DNA of 64,000 bases from an uncultured Candidatus Babeliaceae bacterium (lineage in GTDB: Bacteria; Babelota; Babeliae; Babelales; Babelaceae). Numbering within the stretch: the first letter of the stretch is position 1; each line of letters opens with the position of its first letter. The stretch is from the NCBI GenBank assembly GCA_963704655.1, contig OY969927.1, forward strand, positions 192,001 to 256,000, in the 5' to 3' direction. Shown one piece after another: positions 45,765 through 56,638 of this stretch. The position numbers and the translations under genes were made by a program. Under the pieces are notes generated by a model. That model was not told the origin of the DNA, ran no database searches, and was given only the letters and a program-made list of their open reading frames with translations.

Positions 45765-46022
45765 ACTAATAGACGTTTAATGGTAGAGGTTATAGAGCTT
45801 TGCATGTTGGTGTGCTTTTTGCACTTGTTTAAAATAACACAGAGAATCTTGCTATAGCAAGTTACAGTTGAAAAAACTATTATGTTGATTGGATCAGTCA
45901 TGACAAGAATAATTGGTAAAATAACGCATTCTTTCGGGCTCAATGAGATAAATTTGATTTTTCCTTTTATTCGTTGCTACACTACAAAGTGAGATGTGTA
46001 AACCCCTTTTATAAGGATTTCC

Positions 46023-46550
46023 ATGAAGAACACACTAAATTTGTCCCGTAATGCTGAAGTTCTACAAGCCCTGAGCGCTTTACCTGAAAAAATTTTACGA
46101 CTTCATGGAACAGATAATGTTTCAGAATTTGTCTTGTACGAGCTTTGTCAGGAAAACTGTTTTAATCTTCCTAAAGCAGCTTTTTTTGTAGATAATCCAG
46201 ATTTTAACTGCTTTAAGGGTGTTGTTGGTTTTAATAAAAAAGAGCATCCAGAGAACTTGTCTTTATGGGATGACCCAGATGCATTTACAGATTTTATGGC
46301 TCATAATAATTTTAATAAACAGGTGCGTTCTATTAATCAATGCACCGAGCAAACGGCACAAGATCAACATGAAAAGTTGCTGATTGATATTGCTCACCAG
46401 CTGGATGTTCGTGATTTAGGTTATCACCGCTTTCCTTTAAAGCATGGTAATCATGGTTTTATTATGTACGATAAACATGAAACTGATATTGATGATCTTC
46501 AGGTTTTTAGTCGCGGAGCATGTCTTCTAGGATTTTGTCCGATTTTCTAA
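46023..46550 (+). CDS. Hypothetical protein (possibly GAF-like)
   Basis: AAGGA RBS; 175-aa ORF. Confidence 0.65.
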   Translation: MKNTLNLSRNAEVLQALSALPEKILRLHGTDNVSEFVLYELCQENCFNLPKAAFFVDNPDFNCFKGVVGFNKKEHPENLSLWDDPDAFTDFMAHNNFNKQVRSINQCTEQTAQDQHEKLLIDIAHQLDVRDLGYHRFPLKHGNHGFIMYDKHETDIDDLQVFSRGACLLGFCPIF

Positions 46551-46582
46551 TATACTAAATAGGTAAAAAAATTATATTGAAT

Positions 46583-46700
46583 GCCGCTATGGATTCGACG
46601 CAGTTCATGCTGAGTGTAATCGAAGTACTCATCACGAGCGGCCGCTCATCCTGACACTTCGTCAGGCTCAGTACTGAAGGCGAGTCGAAGGGTTAGTGCC
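46583..46700. repeat. Nested/inverted family A cluster
   Basis: GGATTCGAC...CTCATCACGAGCGG-CCGCTCATCCTGA...GTCGAAGGGTTAG. Confidence 0.75.
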
Positions 46701-46715
46701 GCCTTTAGGGTCCTC

Positions 46716-47627
46716 ATGTTTGATATTCTTCTTGCATATCTCTTTCTTGCTGCAGGCATTGTAAGTAATAAATATATTCTTGCAAGTATCTCTGCAGAAT
46801 TTTTTGTTGCATTGCGCATGCTCATCTCAGGGAGCCTGCTTATGTTGTATAATTGGCACCAAACAGAGCGGTTATCTTATAAACAGGTAAAAAATGACCG
46901 CGTAAAATTACTTGCCATTGCTGCATGCACAACATTCGTTCCTGCACTTTTAAAAGCTTGGTCATTAAAGCATATGCTTGCAAGTAAGCAGTCACTCTTG
47001 GGGAGTATCGATCCTTTTGTAACGGCTCTTATGGTATATGTTCTTTTTAGTGAAAAAATTTCACGCACAAAAGCGGTTGGTATGGCTATTGGTTTTATGG
47101 GTGTATTGCTCGTGATACTTTCAAAAAGTTCTGATGAAATCGGCTATGAATGGCTTTGGCGCATATCATATCCTGAAATTGCAATAGTCAGTGCAGTAAT
47201 TATAAGTCGTTATGGTTGGATTTTGGTACAAACATTATTACGCAATAAACAGTATACGCCGGTGCAGATTAATGGTCTTGTGCAGGTTATTGCAGGGGCT
47301 TTGGCCCTATGCCTTGCAACGTATAATAATCAACTTAAAATCTATGATATATCATCATATTATCATTTTATTGGTGCCTTTATCTGTACTATAATAGGGG
47401 GGAATATTATAGGTTATACCCTCTATGCCTATAGCCTAAAGCACCATTCTGCAACGCTTGTTTCGCTTGCAGGCTTTTCAATACCGCTCTTAGTGGCCCT
47501 TTTTGCCTACCTGTTCCTGGGCGAGCAGGTTACTTGGCCCCTGGTGATCGGAGGATTGATTATATTTATTGGCCTTTCAATTTTCTATATTGGTGAAAAA
47601 GCGTCAAAAATATTTAAAAACTCTTGA
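46716..47627 (+). CDS. EamA/DMT-family transporter
   Basis: Ten TM helices in two repeats; FFVALRMLISG, LFSEK and LFLGEQ. Confidence 0.88.
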   Translation: MFDILLAYLFLAAGIVSNKYILASISAEFFVALRMLISGSLLMLYNWHQTERLSYKQVKNDRVKLLAIAACTTFVPALLKAWSLKHMLASKQSLLGSIDPFVTALMVYVLFSEKISRTKAVGMAIGFMGVLLVILSKSSDEIGYEWLWRISYPEIAIVSAVIISRYGWILVQTLLRNKQYTPVQINGLVQVIAGALALCLATYNNQLKIYDISSYYHFIGAFICTIIGGNIIGYTLYAYSLKHHSATLVSLAGFSIPLLVALFAYLFLGEQVTWPLVIGGLIIFIGLSIFYIGEKASKIFKNS

Positions 47628-47704
47628 TTTTCAATTATTTTATAGCGTAAACTTAAAGTATAATAATACTGATTGTGTATAATGTTATATGGGAGTTTAT
47701 AATA

Positions 47705-47872
47705 ATGAAATTGAATAAAAAAAATAAACATGATTCGTCAAATGGTTCTTCTGAATCTCAAAATAGTAAAAAAGATTTTGAGCATTTAAACGAACAAGAA
47801 AAAAAGAATCATAATAAACCGCTGAATACGGGTGATCATATTGAAAAAAAATGGTTCCCAAGAAGTAAGTAA
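47705..47872 (+). CDS. Small hydrophilic hypothetical protein
   Basis: GGGAG upstream; low-complexity 55-aa ORF. Confidence 0.35.
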   Translation: MKLNKKNKHDSSNGSSESQNSKKDFEHLNEQEKKNHNKPLNTGDHIEKKWFPRSK

Positions 47873-47902
47873 GTGTTTAATTTTAATAGTGGAAGTAATC
47901 TC

Positions 47903-48382
47903 ATGAAAAAAATATTGGTTAGCCTGTTATTTCTTGGTTTATCAAGTTTTTCTGTTAATGCTGGATATTTGGCAAAAAAACCTATTGCAACGCCAGCTCC
48001 TGTTCCAGCGCCTGCTGTCGCAGCTGAAGTTGAAGAAGAGGACACAGCCGAGATCACTAAAGAGTCTGATAATTTGCACAATTTTATTTTTGTTAATAAT
48101 TTCAATGCAAAAGTTACTGTTTCAGTACTTACTGATCCTACGCAAAAGGCTCAGGTTATTGACATTCAGCCTAAAAAAGAGGGCATTATAACGGGTAAAT
48201 GTTTGTATAAAGTTAAAGTTTCAAGTGGTAAATTTACTATTTATATTATTCCAGGCGTAGCTTCGAGCAATGACCTAGAATCTTTTATGCCTTCTGATAG
48301 GCATACTTTATGTATGAGTAGTAAGTTTGAAATAAAAAGTTCAGAAAAAGATGGCCTGGCTTTAACCAGCTTTGGTTTTTAA
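47903..48382 (+). CDS. Secreted hypothetical protein
   Basis: MKKILVSLLFLGLSSFSVNA signal; Pro/Ala linker. Confidence 0.7.
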   Translation: MKKILVSLLFLGLSSFSVNAGYLAKKPIATPAPVPAPAVAAEVEEEDTAEITKESDNLHNFIFVNNFNAKVTVSVLTDPTQKAQVIDIQPKKEGIITGKCLYKVKVSSGKFTIYIIPGVASSNDLESFMPSDRHTLCMSSKFEIKSSEKDGLALTSFGF

Positions 48383-48393
48383 TTTTTCTTTAA

Positions 48394-49446
48394 CTATTCT
48401 ATAATTTCCAGGCCTGGTAAAACTTGATCACTTAGGTAGGCAAGTGTTGATCCACCGCCCGTTGAAAGATAGATATTTTTTTTGTTAATATTCCAAAGTT
48501 GTGCGGCAAGAGTAGTATCACCTCCAGCAATTACTATTGCAGCTTGTGTATGCATAAAAAGTTCAAATAATTTCTGGGTATATTCCGTTGTTGCTGGCTG
48601 CTCCAGCAAGCCCATCATTCCGTTATAAATAATCGTCTCCATGCTGATAATAATGTGCTGCCATGTCAAAAAAGTTTCCAGTCCAATACTTATTTTTTTG
48701 TTTTCATACAAAAGATAATCTGTAGGTATAAGAACCGTAATTCCTGCTTTTTGCGCATCGCGAATAAAACTTTCGGTTTCTGGCAATTCGTTCAGGCCTG
48801 GGCATAATGCAATATGCGTCGCCTTATCAAAAAAATTATATAAAACTTGTAGCTTTTCAAGACCTTTACCTCCACCAACAATAACCATGTAAGGTTTTTT
48901 TGGAGAATCTTTTATTGGTTGTAAATGTTCTAACTCATGTTGAACTGTAAGCCCGATTGATCTATCTTCGGGCTTGAAAAGTTGCGCTGCTGTGATAATT
49001 GAAGTCTCTTCTCGTGCAAGAACACCAAAACCATCCTCGATAAAAAACGTGCAGTTTTGTGAAATTTTTTTTGCAAATTCTAAGTTGGCCCACTCTTCCT
49101 GTGGATAAAATCTTAAATTTTCAAGTAACAGAATATCCACATCTTTTTGAAGAGCATTTTTAAGGTTTTCGACGTTGCTCCACATGCAGGAAAATCCGGC
49201 CCTCATAAAATGGTCTGTAAGTTGCTCTGTTGAATATTCAGGGTCATAACCTCGGGGTCTGCCTATATGTGTTGCAAGTGTTACGTGGGCACCATGTTCT
49301 TTGAGATAATAAAGTGTTGGTAGTAAACGCTGAAATTTTAAGCTTTTAACAAACAATGCTGGCTCTAGATTGGTATTTAAATCTGCTCGTAAAAAAACTC
49401 TTTTTCCCACTAAATCCCAATTAAGCATGCGTAAAGGGGTATTCAC
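48394..49446 (-). CDS. pgk: Phosphoglycerate kinase (short, divergent)
   Basis: RVFLRADLN, THIGRP, LLENLRF, GGDT and LSTGGGS. Confidence 0.88.
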   Translation of the reverse strand: MNTPLRMLNWDLVGKRVFLRADLNTNLEPALFVKSLKFQRLLPTLYYLKEHGAHVTLATHIGRPRGYDPEYSTEQLTDHFMRAGFSCMWSNVENLKNALQKDVDILLLENLRFYPQEEWANLEFAKKISQNCTFFIEDGFGVLAREETSIITAAQLFKPEDRSIGLTVQHELEHLQPIKDSPKKPYMVIVGGGKGLEKLQVLYNFFDKATHIALCPGLNELPETESFIRDAQKAGITVLIPTDYLLYENKKISIGLETFLTWQHIIISMETIIYNGMMGLLEQPATTEYTQKLFELFMHTQAAIVIAGGDTTLAAQLWNINKKNIYLSTGGGSTLAYLSDQVLPGLEIIE

Positions 49447-50675
49447 TATTCAGCTCCAAATTTTAAAAGGTGCGCTACTGAAAATGTATGTATTCTGCGT
49501 GCGGGAATATATGATGCGATAAATCCAAGAAGCATCATAGTGCAAAAAACCGTCGCAATAAGTGGCATATCAAGAGCTGCGGGTAAATGGTCAACATAAT
49601 AAGCATCAGGGAGTGTAATTATAGGGTATCGTTCAAGGAGCCAACTTGCGCATGCCGCAAGAATAATTCCTATAATAGTTGCTGCAAGTGTAATAAAAAG
49701 GCCTATGAACATAAAAAGCATACTGATATCGCGATCAAGCATCCCCATGGTTTTTAAAATAACAATTTCCATTTTTTTCTGCGTGATATACATAAAAATA
49801 AGCGCCATACAATTCATTGCAGCAATTAAAGCGCATAGTGCTAAAATAATAAAGGCCGCATATTTTTCAAGTGCAAGCGCAGCAACAAGCGCTGGATAAA
49901 GGTCCTTCCATGTGTATACTTCAAGCCCGTTAAAACGCGCTGTTAATCTTTGTGCACAGCTTTCGATATCGACTTCAGCGTTACATTTCAGCGTTAGTTG
50001 TGAAACTTCTATATTTTTAAAAAGTGTTTTAAAAAAATCTAAATTGCAAAAAACTACTGCGGTATCAAACTCGTCTATGCCCGTTTTAAATGTTCCACCT
50101 ACTCTTGCTTGTGCCTGCTCTAGAGTGATTTTTCTTTTTTGAGGCTCTTCGGGAATATAAAGTGCGGTTATATCCTGTCCGGGCTTGATATTTAAAAGTT
50201 TTGCTGCTGTGACACCCAGTAATAGACGATTGTCGGTTAATTGTTCTGCTGGGTTGTCAGGTTGTGTGAGTGTTGAAAAAAGAGTGCTGACTTTTTTTTC
50301 ACAGAGCGGCTCAATGCCGATACATACGCATAATGGTGAAAGAGTATCCTGGGTATCAGATTTTAATAAAATATTACTGATAGCTTGCGGTGCCGATGCG
50401 ATAATTTCATGCGGAAATTCTTTTTCTATAACTGCTGCAAGCCGTTTATAATCTAATGCCCCCGTGGGACTTTTAATAATAATATCAGCATGAATACCTT
50501 GTAATTTTTTTGCGGTTTCTTTTTGAAAGCCGTTCATTACAGCTACAACAAGGGTAAGCGCAAAAGTGCTTATGGTAAGTGCAGTAAAGCAAAGTTTGAT
50601 CATTAAGGAGATATTTTTTTGTCCTGATGCACTGGTGATATGGGCAAGTGCGAGGCGTACAATAACGTCGATCAT
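49446..50675 (-). CDS. LolC/E (FtsX-like) lipoprotein-releasing ABC permease
   Basis: VVAVMNGF, GTFKTG, ALALEK, EIVILKTMG, YYVDHLP and YIPARR. Confidence 0.88.
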   Translation of the reverse strand: MIDVIVRLALAHITSASGQKNISLMIKLCFTALTISTFALTLVVAVMNGFQKETAKKLQGIHADIIIKSPTGALDYKRLAAVIEKEFPHEIIASAPQAISNILLKSDTQDTLSPLCVCIGIEPLCEKKVSTLFSTLTQPDNPAEQLTDNRLLLGVTAAKLLNIKPGQDITALYIPEEPQKRKITLEQAQARVGGTFKTGIDEFDTAVVFCNLDFFKTLFKNIEVSQLTLKCNAEVDIESCAQRLTARFNGLEVYTWKDLYPALVAALALEKYAAFIILALCALIAAMNCMALIFMYITQKKMEIVILKTMGMLDRDISMLFMFIGLFITLAATIIGIILAACASWLLERYPIITLPDAYYVDHLPAALDMPLIATVFCTMMLLGFIASYIPARRIHTFSVAHLLKFGAE

Positions 50676-50772
50676 GTGCGAACTTTCTTTGATAAATATG
50701 AGTCTCTCTTGTGCAAGTATAACGGCTTTTTTTAGATTAAGGGAGAGTTTATATCTAAAGGCGCATAATTTT

Positions 50773-51240
50773 ATGGAATATAATAAAAAAATAGTTATTG
50801 CAACAGATCATCGTGGCTTTGCATTAAAAGAATATCTTAAAACCCTGCAAACAGTTTCTTGTGATACGAATAGTTTTTCTATTTCATGGATTGATGTTGG
50901 TGCATTTACCCCCGAGCGGTCAGATTATCCAATTTTTGCCCAGTACGCTATTCAAAAAATGCATGAAGATGCCGTTGATGGCATTGTTTTATTGTGCGGT
51001 AGTGGTAATGGCATGGCAATAGCTGCAAATAGATTTAAAGGAGTTTTTGCATGTGTGGCATGGAACCCTCAGGTGGCGACTCAGGCAAAAGAGGATGATA
51101 ATTGTAATGTGCTTGTTATTCCAGCAGATTATGTAACACAAAAGGAGATTATTTTCATAATCTCCTTTTGGCTAAATGCTCAATTTAAAGGTGGTCGTTA
51201 CGCTGAACGCCTTGAATGTATTGATAGTAATCTAAGCTAG
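50773..51240 (+). CDS. rpiB: Ribose-5-phosphate isomerase B
   Basis: IATDHRGFALK, DYP, LCGSGNGMAIAANRFKG and FKGGRY; start moved to the ATG at 50773. Confidence 0.93.
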   Translation: MEYNKKIVIATDHRGFALKEYLKTLQTVSCDTNSFSISWIDVGAFTPERSDYPIFAQYAIQKMHEDAVDGIVLLCGSGNGMAIAANRFKGVFACVAWNPQVATQAKEDDNCNVLVIPADYVTQKEIIFIISFWLNAQFKGGRYAERLECIDSNLS

Positions 51241-52539
51241 TGGCACAAGTTCAAACTTATGAAATTCCAACATCACGGGATCAATAACCGTATGATCTTG
51301 TGTTGTTGCGCATATTAAAAGTGGGAAATTGCTTTCTTGTGATAAATATCTTGTAAGTCTATTAATAATATCAGCATATACTTCTGGTTCAACATCTTTT
51401 TGTGTATAGATCCAGTCAATATTAGTGATAATTAAGACCGTTGGTCCGAACTCTAAGCATTCTTCTAATACTTTATCAAGTTTTCTGTTCACTAATGACG
51501 AACCATGTATTTCATAGGTGAGCCATTTTGCAGATGAACCAAGCGCTTGTAATTTTTTGGTCATTTCTCCTGCAACAGCGAAAGCCATTTTGCGAGTATC
51601 TGCAAGCGATCCTTCAAATAAATAGCCGCGAGCCATTTTTAAATCTGCTGCACGATATTTATCTACATTTATGCAGAAATCCATAACAGGTGTCATAAGT
51701 AATTTGGTATCTTCGTAGCCTTTAATCGTATCAAAAGATTCTTTTGAAGGTTTTGCTGGGTAACCAGATTTGCGGGCCTTACCTATTATCTCTGCGTATG
51801 ATTTATTCCAGCTTTCGGTTACATACTTATTGATTTTTTCAGCACTACCGACAATGTTTGGAGAAAATATTCCTGCAAGAACGGCTTTAACAATTTGCGA
51901 ATCAGCCTCTTTTAAGATAGATTCCACAAGTTTATTTTCGCTTTTAGGGTCATACTCATGAGTTAATCTTTTGAGCAAGTTGACTATTTGGGGAATCACG
52001 AAGAAGTACATTACTCCAGCGAAAGCCAATGGTTTTGCCAGCTCTATATACGTTATTAACTGTGTTCGTTGTAGAAATTCTTGACCATAATAATCTAGTG
52101 CACCAAGAATGGTAAGCTGGAACTTAAAGTAACTTAACACTAAGTTATTAAGCTTTTCTTGCAATACCTGTGTATCTGGAAGAGATATCCCTTTTTCAGA
52201 AGTTTCATAATTTTGAATACATGCGGTTACACGAGCCGGAACATTCATGCATGATTCGTTAATGCATGTTTGGAAGGTATCGATGACACACTCTAAAGCA
52301 TCTGGGTGAAGATTTATGAACGCATTTAGCTGATCCAACGCCATAATAGTGCTTTTATGTGGAACTTCAGGGTCTATAACTAAAGGCAAACGTTCTTTGC
52401 AATGTTTAATGAGACCTGTTACAAAAGCTTGCTGTTGTTTATGTACAGCATCTATGGTTGCCTGCGATTGTGCGTAGGCTTGTTGTGAGTTAAAAGTTAT
52501 TAAGCAACACAACAGCGCAGATAAAAATAGTCGTTTCAT
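51232..52539 (-). CDS. Secreted/membrane protein with a degenerate AAA domain
   Basis: Signal peptide, TM, FDTIKGYE, RGYLFEG (Walker A eroded), PTVLIITNID and ICATT. Confidence 0.65.
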   Translation of the reverse strand: MKRLFLSALLCCLITFNSQQAYAQSQATIDAVHKQQQAFVTGLIKHCKERLPLVIDPEVPHKSTIMALDQLNAFINLHPDALECVIDTFQTCINESCMNVPARVTACIQNYETSEKGISLPDTQVLQEKLNNLVLSYFKFQLTILGALDYYGQEFLQRTQLITYIELAKPLAFAGVMYFFVIPQIVNLLKRLTHEYDPKSENKLVESILKEADSQIVKAVLAGIFSPNIVGSAEKINKYVTESWNKSYAEIIGKARKSGYPAKPSKESFDTIKGYEDTKLLMTPVMDFCINVDKYRAADLKMARGYLFEGSLADTRKMAFAVAGEMTKKLQALGSSAKWLTYEIHGSSLVNRKLDKVLEECLEFGPTVLIITNIDWIYTQKDVEPEVYADIINRLTRYLSQESNFPLLICATTQDHTVIDPVMLEFHKFELVPLA

Positions 52540-52584
52540 AAATCTTCCTTAAAGAGATACAGATACAGTGTTAATTTTTGATTG

Positions 52585-54921
52585 TTATTGTACTATGTTA
52601 TCGATCTCTTTACCAGTAATACAGCGCTCTTTTAAAAGTTCTGCCACAAGTTTTTCAATAAGTGGCTTATGCTCGTTTAATAATGCGAACACTTCCGCTT
52701 CAAAGCGTTGTAATAGTTTTTCGGTTTCTTCAAATACGCGATTTTGCTGTTCTTGTGGTATTGATTTAAGTGTTAACCCTTTAAGTATTAACTTCTGTGC
52801 CCATTCAAATGCTGCTTTATAATCTTGTGCTGTGTAGTCGATATGGTAGGTTCCAAGAATTATTTTTTGAGCACAAATACCTGCAAGGTAACGTTTACAG
52901 AGTTTTTCAATCTCTTGCGCGTCTGAATATGGAATTTCTTCACGGTTAGATGTTGAGATAATTGTTCCATAGCGCAAAGGCATAACTTCAGTATCTTTCT
53001 TTTCTGAAAGCCAGAAATGATCCTCTTCGATTCTGCCATCTACTTTTGAGATAGTTGCAAGATGAATTGTTTCATGGATCTCAAGTTTTTTATGTGCCAC
53101 AATCTTACCCGCTTGGTCAATTGCCGCGATTTGAGCTTCGTCTTTGGTGAGTTCGGCTGTTGAACCAATACCATGAACAATGCTGTTTATAGCGCGTTGT
53201 AAATGTACTTGGCTTACACCTTGACCATTGGCGCGTGCTTCAAAGCGAGCATCTTTAACGATCTGTTGTAAGTGGCCATAATCACAATCTTTGGTTTGCA
53301 ATACGATGCTTTTTAGATCAACGGTTTGTGGGTTGATACCATATTTTTCAAAATTTGTTGCAAAGAATTGCGCACGTTCACGAATGCCAGGTTTTTTGAA
53401 TCTGATGACTTTACCAAAACGTTCATGTTTAAAGAGTTCTGGCGCTAATAGCTCAGGGTGATTTGTTGCGCCGATAATAAATACCTGTTTTAATGGGTCT
53501 TTGATTTTATGTAATTCAGTAAGTTGTGTTAAAAACTCATTAAGAAGTTCTTTATTACCCGTTTTTTGTAATCCAAGAAGATGTATCTCGTCGATAAATA
53601 AAATACAAGGCGCATTGTCTAAAGCGTAACTTATGACTTCTTTTAATGATGCGATGCTGGTGATCATAAGGTAGTTAACTTCAATGAACTTAATCTTAAG
53701 ATTAGAGCCCATACTATTATAAAGTTCATTAATGGTTGCAGCCATTGCTTTGGCAACTGCAGTTTTACCGGTTCTTGATGGTCCGATTAAAAGACAGCAT
53801 TTTGCAATTTCATTGTCTGAGCGAATATAGAGTTCAGGATCACGTAGATAATCTAAAATTTTATTAATTTCACGTTTTTGATCTTCTAGACCAATAAGTG
53901 ATTCATCATCCAAAGTTGGAGTGTTATCTAGCGATGTTGCAAGGCCCTCGCGGCGAATATGTTTTATTCCTTTTAATGAATCATAATAATCACTGATCAT
54001 GCTGCGGCCATCTGAATATTTTTTAAAGAGCCAGCTTGCATTTCGTTGAAAGAACGATTTAGCAGTGGTTCCAATATACGCGTCATAAGCTTCTTTGGTG
54101 ATAACTGCAGTGATACTGCCACCAACAATCCCAGAAGCATAACCTTGCTTAAAGCCTGGAATTACGCTTATAGAGTTACAGACGTCTAAGATTTTATTAC
54201 TTGCAGTAGCGATTGCAGCCCCGTGGTCATATAAAGAGAATACAATTCCAGTAATACCTATAATGCCCGCCATGTGCCACTTATAGTTATTATAAAAGTT
54301 TTCTGTAGCGCGAACTGCTATATTAAATGGGGTTAAACCTAAAGATGTACTGTTTTTCTCAAGGTCAAATAAGCGTTCGTCATTTTTAATGAGAACTTTA
54401 AGAATATAATCAAATGAATCGGAATAGTTTTTATCTGGTACTAAAAGATCATCTATGCTTGGAATATCAAGAAGTGTTATGTCAGTTTCAATAGCAAGCG
54501 AAAGACGATCGATAATGTTTTTTAAAATAACCGTGACCTTAGCAAGGGTATCCTGTTCTGCGGTTAAAACACTCATGCCTTGCAGCTGATGCGCGATGCT
54601 GATATAAGCAGATAATTTTTTAAGGGTTTCATTTTTGTCACCAGATACTTTAATAAGCCCTTTTTGAATGCCAGCCAGAACTTGTTGTAAAATTGCTGTT
54701 ATAAAGCCTATTTGCTTTGAGCACTCTTTTTGAACTTGCTGGGAAATTGCAATTATTTGTTCTTTTGCAAGTATGGCTTGTTCAAGCGCCGCTTGGTTAA
54801 GTTCGGCTTGGGTTGCGGCCTGCGTTTGAAGCTGCTCTGTTGCAACAGGCTCGGCGTTTAAAGAGATAGACTGAAGCGAAATGGCCGCAAAAGCCACTAG
54901 TAGTAGTTTTTTAAGGTTCAT
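52585..54921 (-). CDS. FtsH-like AAA ATPase with a degenerate M41 protease domain
   Basis: GPSRTGKT, APCILFIDEIH and IGATNHPELL; IDQAGK in place of HEAGH. Confidence 0.8.
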   Translation of the reverse strand: MNLKKLLLVAFAAISLQSISLNAEPVATEQLQTQAATQAELNQAALEQAILAKEQIIAISQQVQKECSKQIGFITAILQQVLAGIQKGLIKVSGDKNETLKKLSAYISIAHQLQGMSVLTAEQDTLAKVTVILKNIIDRLSLAIETDITLLDIPSIDDLLVPDKNYSDSFDYILKVLIKNDERLFDLEKNSTSLGLTPFNIAVRATENFYNNYKWHMAGIIGITGIVFSLYDHGAAIATASNKILDVCNSISVIPGFKQGYASGIVGGSITAVITKEAYDAYIGTTAKSFFQRNASWLFKKYSDGRSMISDYYDSLKGIKHIRREGLATSLDNTPTLDDESLIGLEDQKREINKILDYLRDPELYIRSDNEIAKCCLLIGPSRTGKTAVAKAMAATINELYNSMGSNLKIKFIEVNYLMITSIASLKEVISYALDNAPCILFIDEIHLLGLQKTGNKELLNEFLTQLTELHKIKDPLKQVFIIGATNHPELLAPELFKHERFGKVIRFKKPGIRERAQFFATNFEKYGINPQTVDLKSIVLQTKDCDYGHLQQIVKDARFEARANGQGVSQVHLQRAINSIVHGIGSTAELTKDEAQIAAIDQAGKIVAHKKLEIHETIHLATISKVDGRIEEDHFWLSEKKDTEVMPLRYGTIISTSNREEIPYSDAQEIEKLCKRYLAGICAQKIILGTYHIDYTAQDYKAAFEWAQKLILKGLTLKSIPQEQQNRVFEETEKLLQRFEAEVFALLNEHKPLIEKLVAELLKERCITGKEIDNIVQ

Positions 54922-55178
54922 TTTTATATCCTTATTAAGATATGTTATTTACAATATACAATATTAAATCAAGTATACAGAAATGCCCAAAAATTGAAAG
55001 TTTAGCGGCAAATATTTCGCTTAAGTATAACGAATTTTGCTTTTTATTTCCAAATTGAAAATATATTAAATAGCTTGCTTGAGATTGTTATATCAAGATA
55101 TTTTATTTACTCTATCATTTTAAGTATACTGAAATACGCAAAATTTAAAAAAATTGGTACCGTAAACAAGGCTTTATT

Positions 55179-56636
55179 ATGAATCTTTTTTCACGTTTTT
55201 TACTCTGGACTGCAGGTATTGTTGGTGTTTGTGCGGGTGGGTACTATGGGTACCGTTTGCTTGGTGATAAAACAAATAAACAGTCTCAGGGCTTTGACTG
55301 GAAAGCTGTTGAAGCGAAAAAGAATATTATTCCTGTTGCTATTATAGGTTCCGGTCCGGCTGGGCTCAGTGCCGCGCTGTATACTTCGCGCGCGCATTTA
55401 CATACGGTGGTATTCCAAGGTCCGCAAGCTGGTGGGCAACTTATGAGCACTAGTGAAGTTGAAAATTGGCCGGGGATTGGAAAAAAACACGGGCCAGAGA
55501 TTATGAAAGCTGTTTCTGATCAAGCGCAGCATTTTGGGGCCGTTCTTCTTAACGATACGATAAAAAAAGTAAATTTTTCCGTTTGGCCGTATGAACTTAC
55601 TACTGCTGAAGATACTATTGTATATGCATTATCGGTAATTATTTCTACCGGTGCTTCACCCGAGCGGCTTAAAGATGTTCCTGGTGAAGTTGAACACTGG
55701 GGCAAAGGGGTTACTGGGTGTGCTATTTGTGATGCAGCGTTTTATAAAGATAAAGATGTCGTTGTTGTCGGCGGTGGTGACTCGGCCGCAGAACAAGCAT
55801 TACAGCTTACTGCCTATGCGCGCCATATAACTATCTTGGTGCGTGGGGAAAAAATGCGTGCGTCTGCTGCTATGCAAGATCGTCTTAAAAAGTTTGATTA
55901 TATTAAAATTCGTTCCAAATGCTCCATTACTGAAATTGAAGGTGATGGGCAACAGGTTACCGGTATTAAGTTAAAGACAGCTCAGGGCTCTGAGCATATG
56001 GCTATCGATGGGGTCTTTCTTGCTATAGGTCACAAACCTAATACTGGGCTTTTTAAGGACCAGATCGCTTTTACGCCTGCTGGATATATTCTGCACCAAT
56101 GCAGAACGCAGGAAACATCCAAAGAGGGTGTTTTTGCTGCAGGTGATGTTTCTGATGAACGCTATCGTCAAGCAGCTGTTGCAAGTGGCGATGGGGTTAA
56201 GGCGGCTCTTGATGCAGAACGCTTTTTACAGCAGATCGGTTTTGATGAGATCTATGCCAAAAAGATTGAACGCAAGCTGTATGACCCCGTTGTAACTTCG
56301 CAGTCTGTTGAGATTCAGTCTATTGAGTCTATGGAACAGTTTAAAAAAATAGTTTTAGAAAGTAATGTCCCGGTAATTGTCGATTTTTATACTAAATTCT
56401 GTTCCTCATGTTTGCAGATGATGCCATTTGTTCAGGCGGTTGCTGCGCAGATGAAAGATCGTTTATTATGTGTTAAAGTTGATATAGAAAAGGTGCCGGA
56501 ACTTAAAGAACGGTATTCGGTTTCAACGGTTCCGTTCTTTGTAGTTATTAAAAAGGGGTTAGTCGTTGGTCGTTATAATGATGTAATGACTAAACGTGAA
56601 TTTTTTGATTTTGCAACCCGTTTTGTAAACGAGTAA
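55179..56636 (+). CDS. Thioredoxin reductase-thioredoxin fusion with an N-terminal membrane anchor
   Basis: N-terminal TM; IIGSGPAG, CAICD, GGGDSA, FAAGDV; C-terminal VIVDFYTKFCSSC thioredoxin fold. Confidence 0.9.
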   Translation: MNLFSRFLLWTAGIVGVCAGGYYGYRLLGDKTNKQSQGFDWKAVEAKKNIIPVAIIGSGPAGLSAALYTSRAHLHTVVFQGPQAGGQLMSTSEVENWPGIGKKHGPEIMKAVSDQAQHFGAVLLNDTIKKVNFSVWPYELTTAEDTIVYALSVIISTGASPERLKDVPGEVEHWGKGVTGCAICDAAFYKDKDVVVVGGGDSAAEQALQLTAYARHITILVRGEKMRASAAMQDRLKKFDYIKIRSKCSITEIEGDGQQVTGIKLKTAQGSEHMAIDGVFLAIGHKPNTGLFKDQIAFTPAGYILHQCRTQETSKEGVFAAGDVSDERYRQAAVASGDGVKAALDAERFLQQIGFDEIYAKKIERKLYDPVVTSQSVEIQSIESMEQFKKIVLESNVPVIVDFYTKFCSSCLQMMPFVQAVAAQMKDRLLCVKVDIEKVPELKERYSVSTVPFFVVIKKGLVVGRYNDVMTKREFFDFATRFVNE

Positions 56637-56638
56637 CT

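Noticed and set aside
50566-50772. N-terminal extension of RpiB
   Set aside because: It overlaps the divergent lolC/E-like gene; homology starts at the ATG at 50773.
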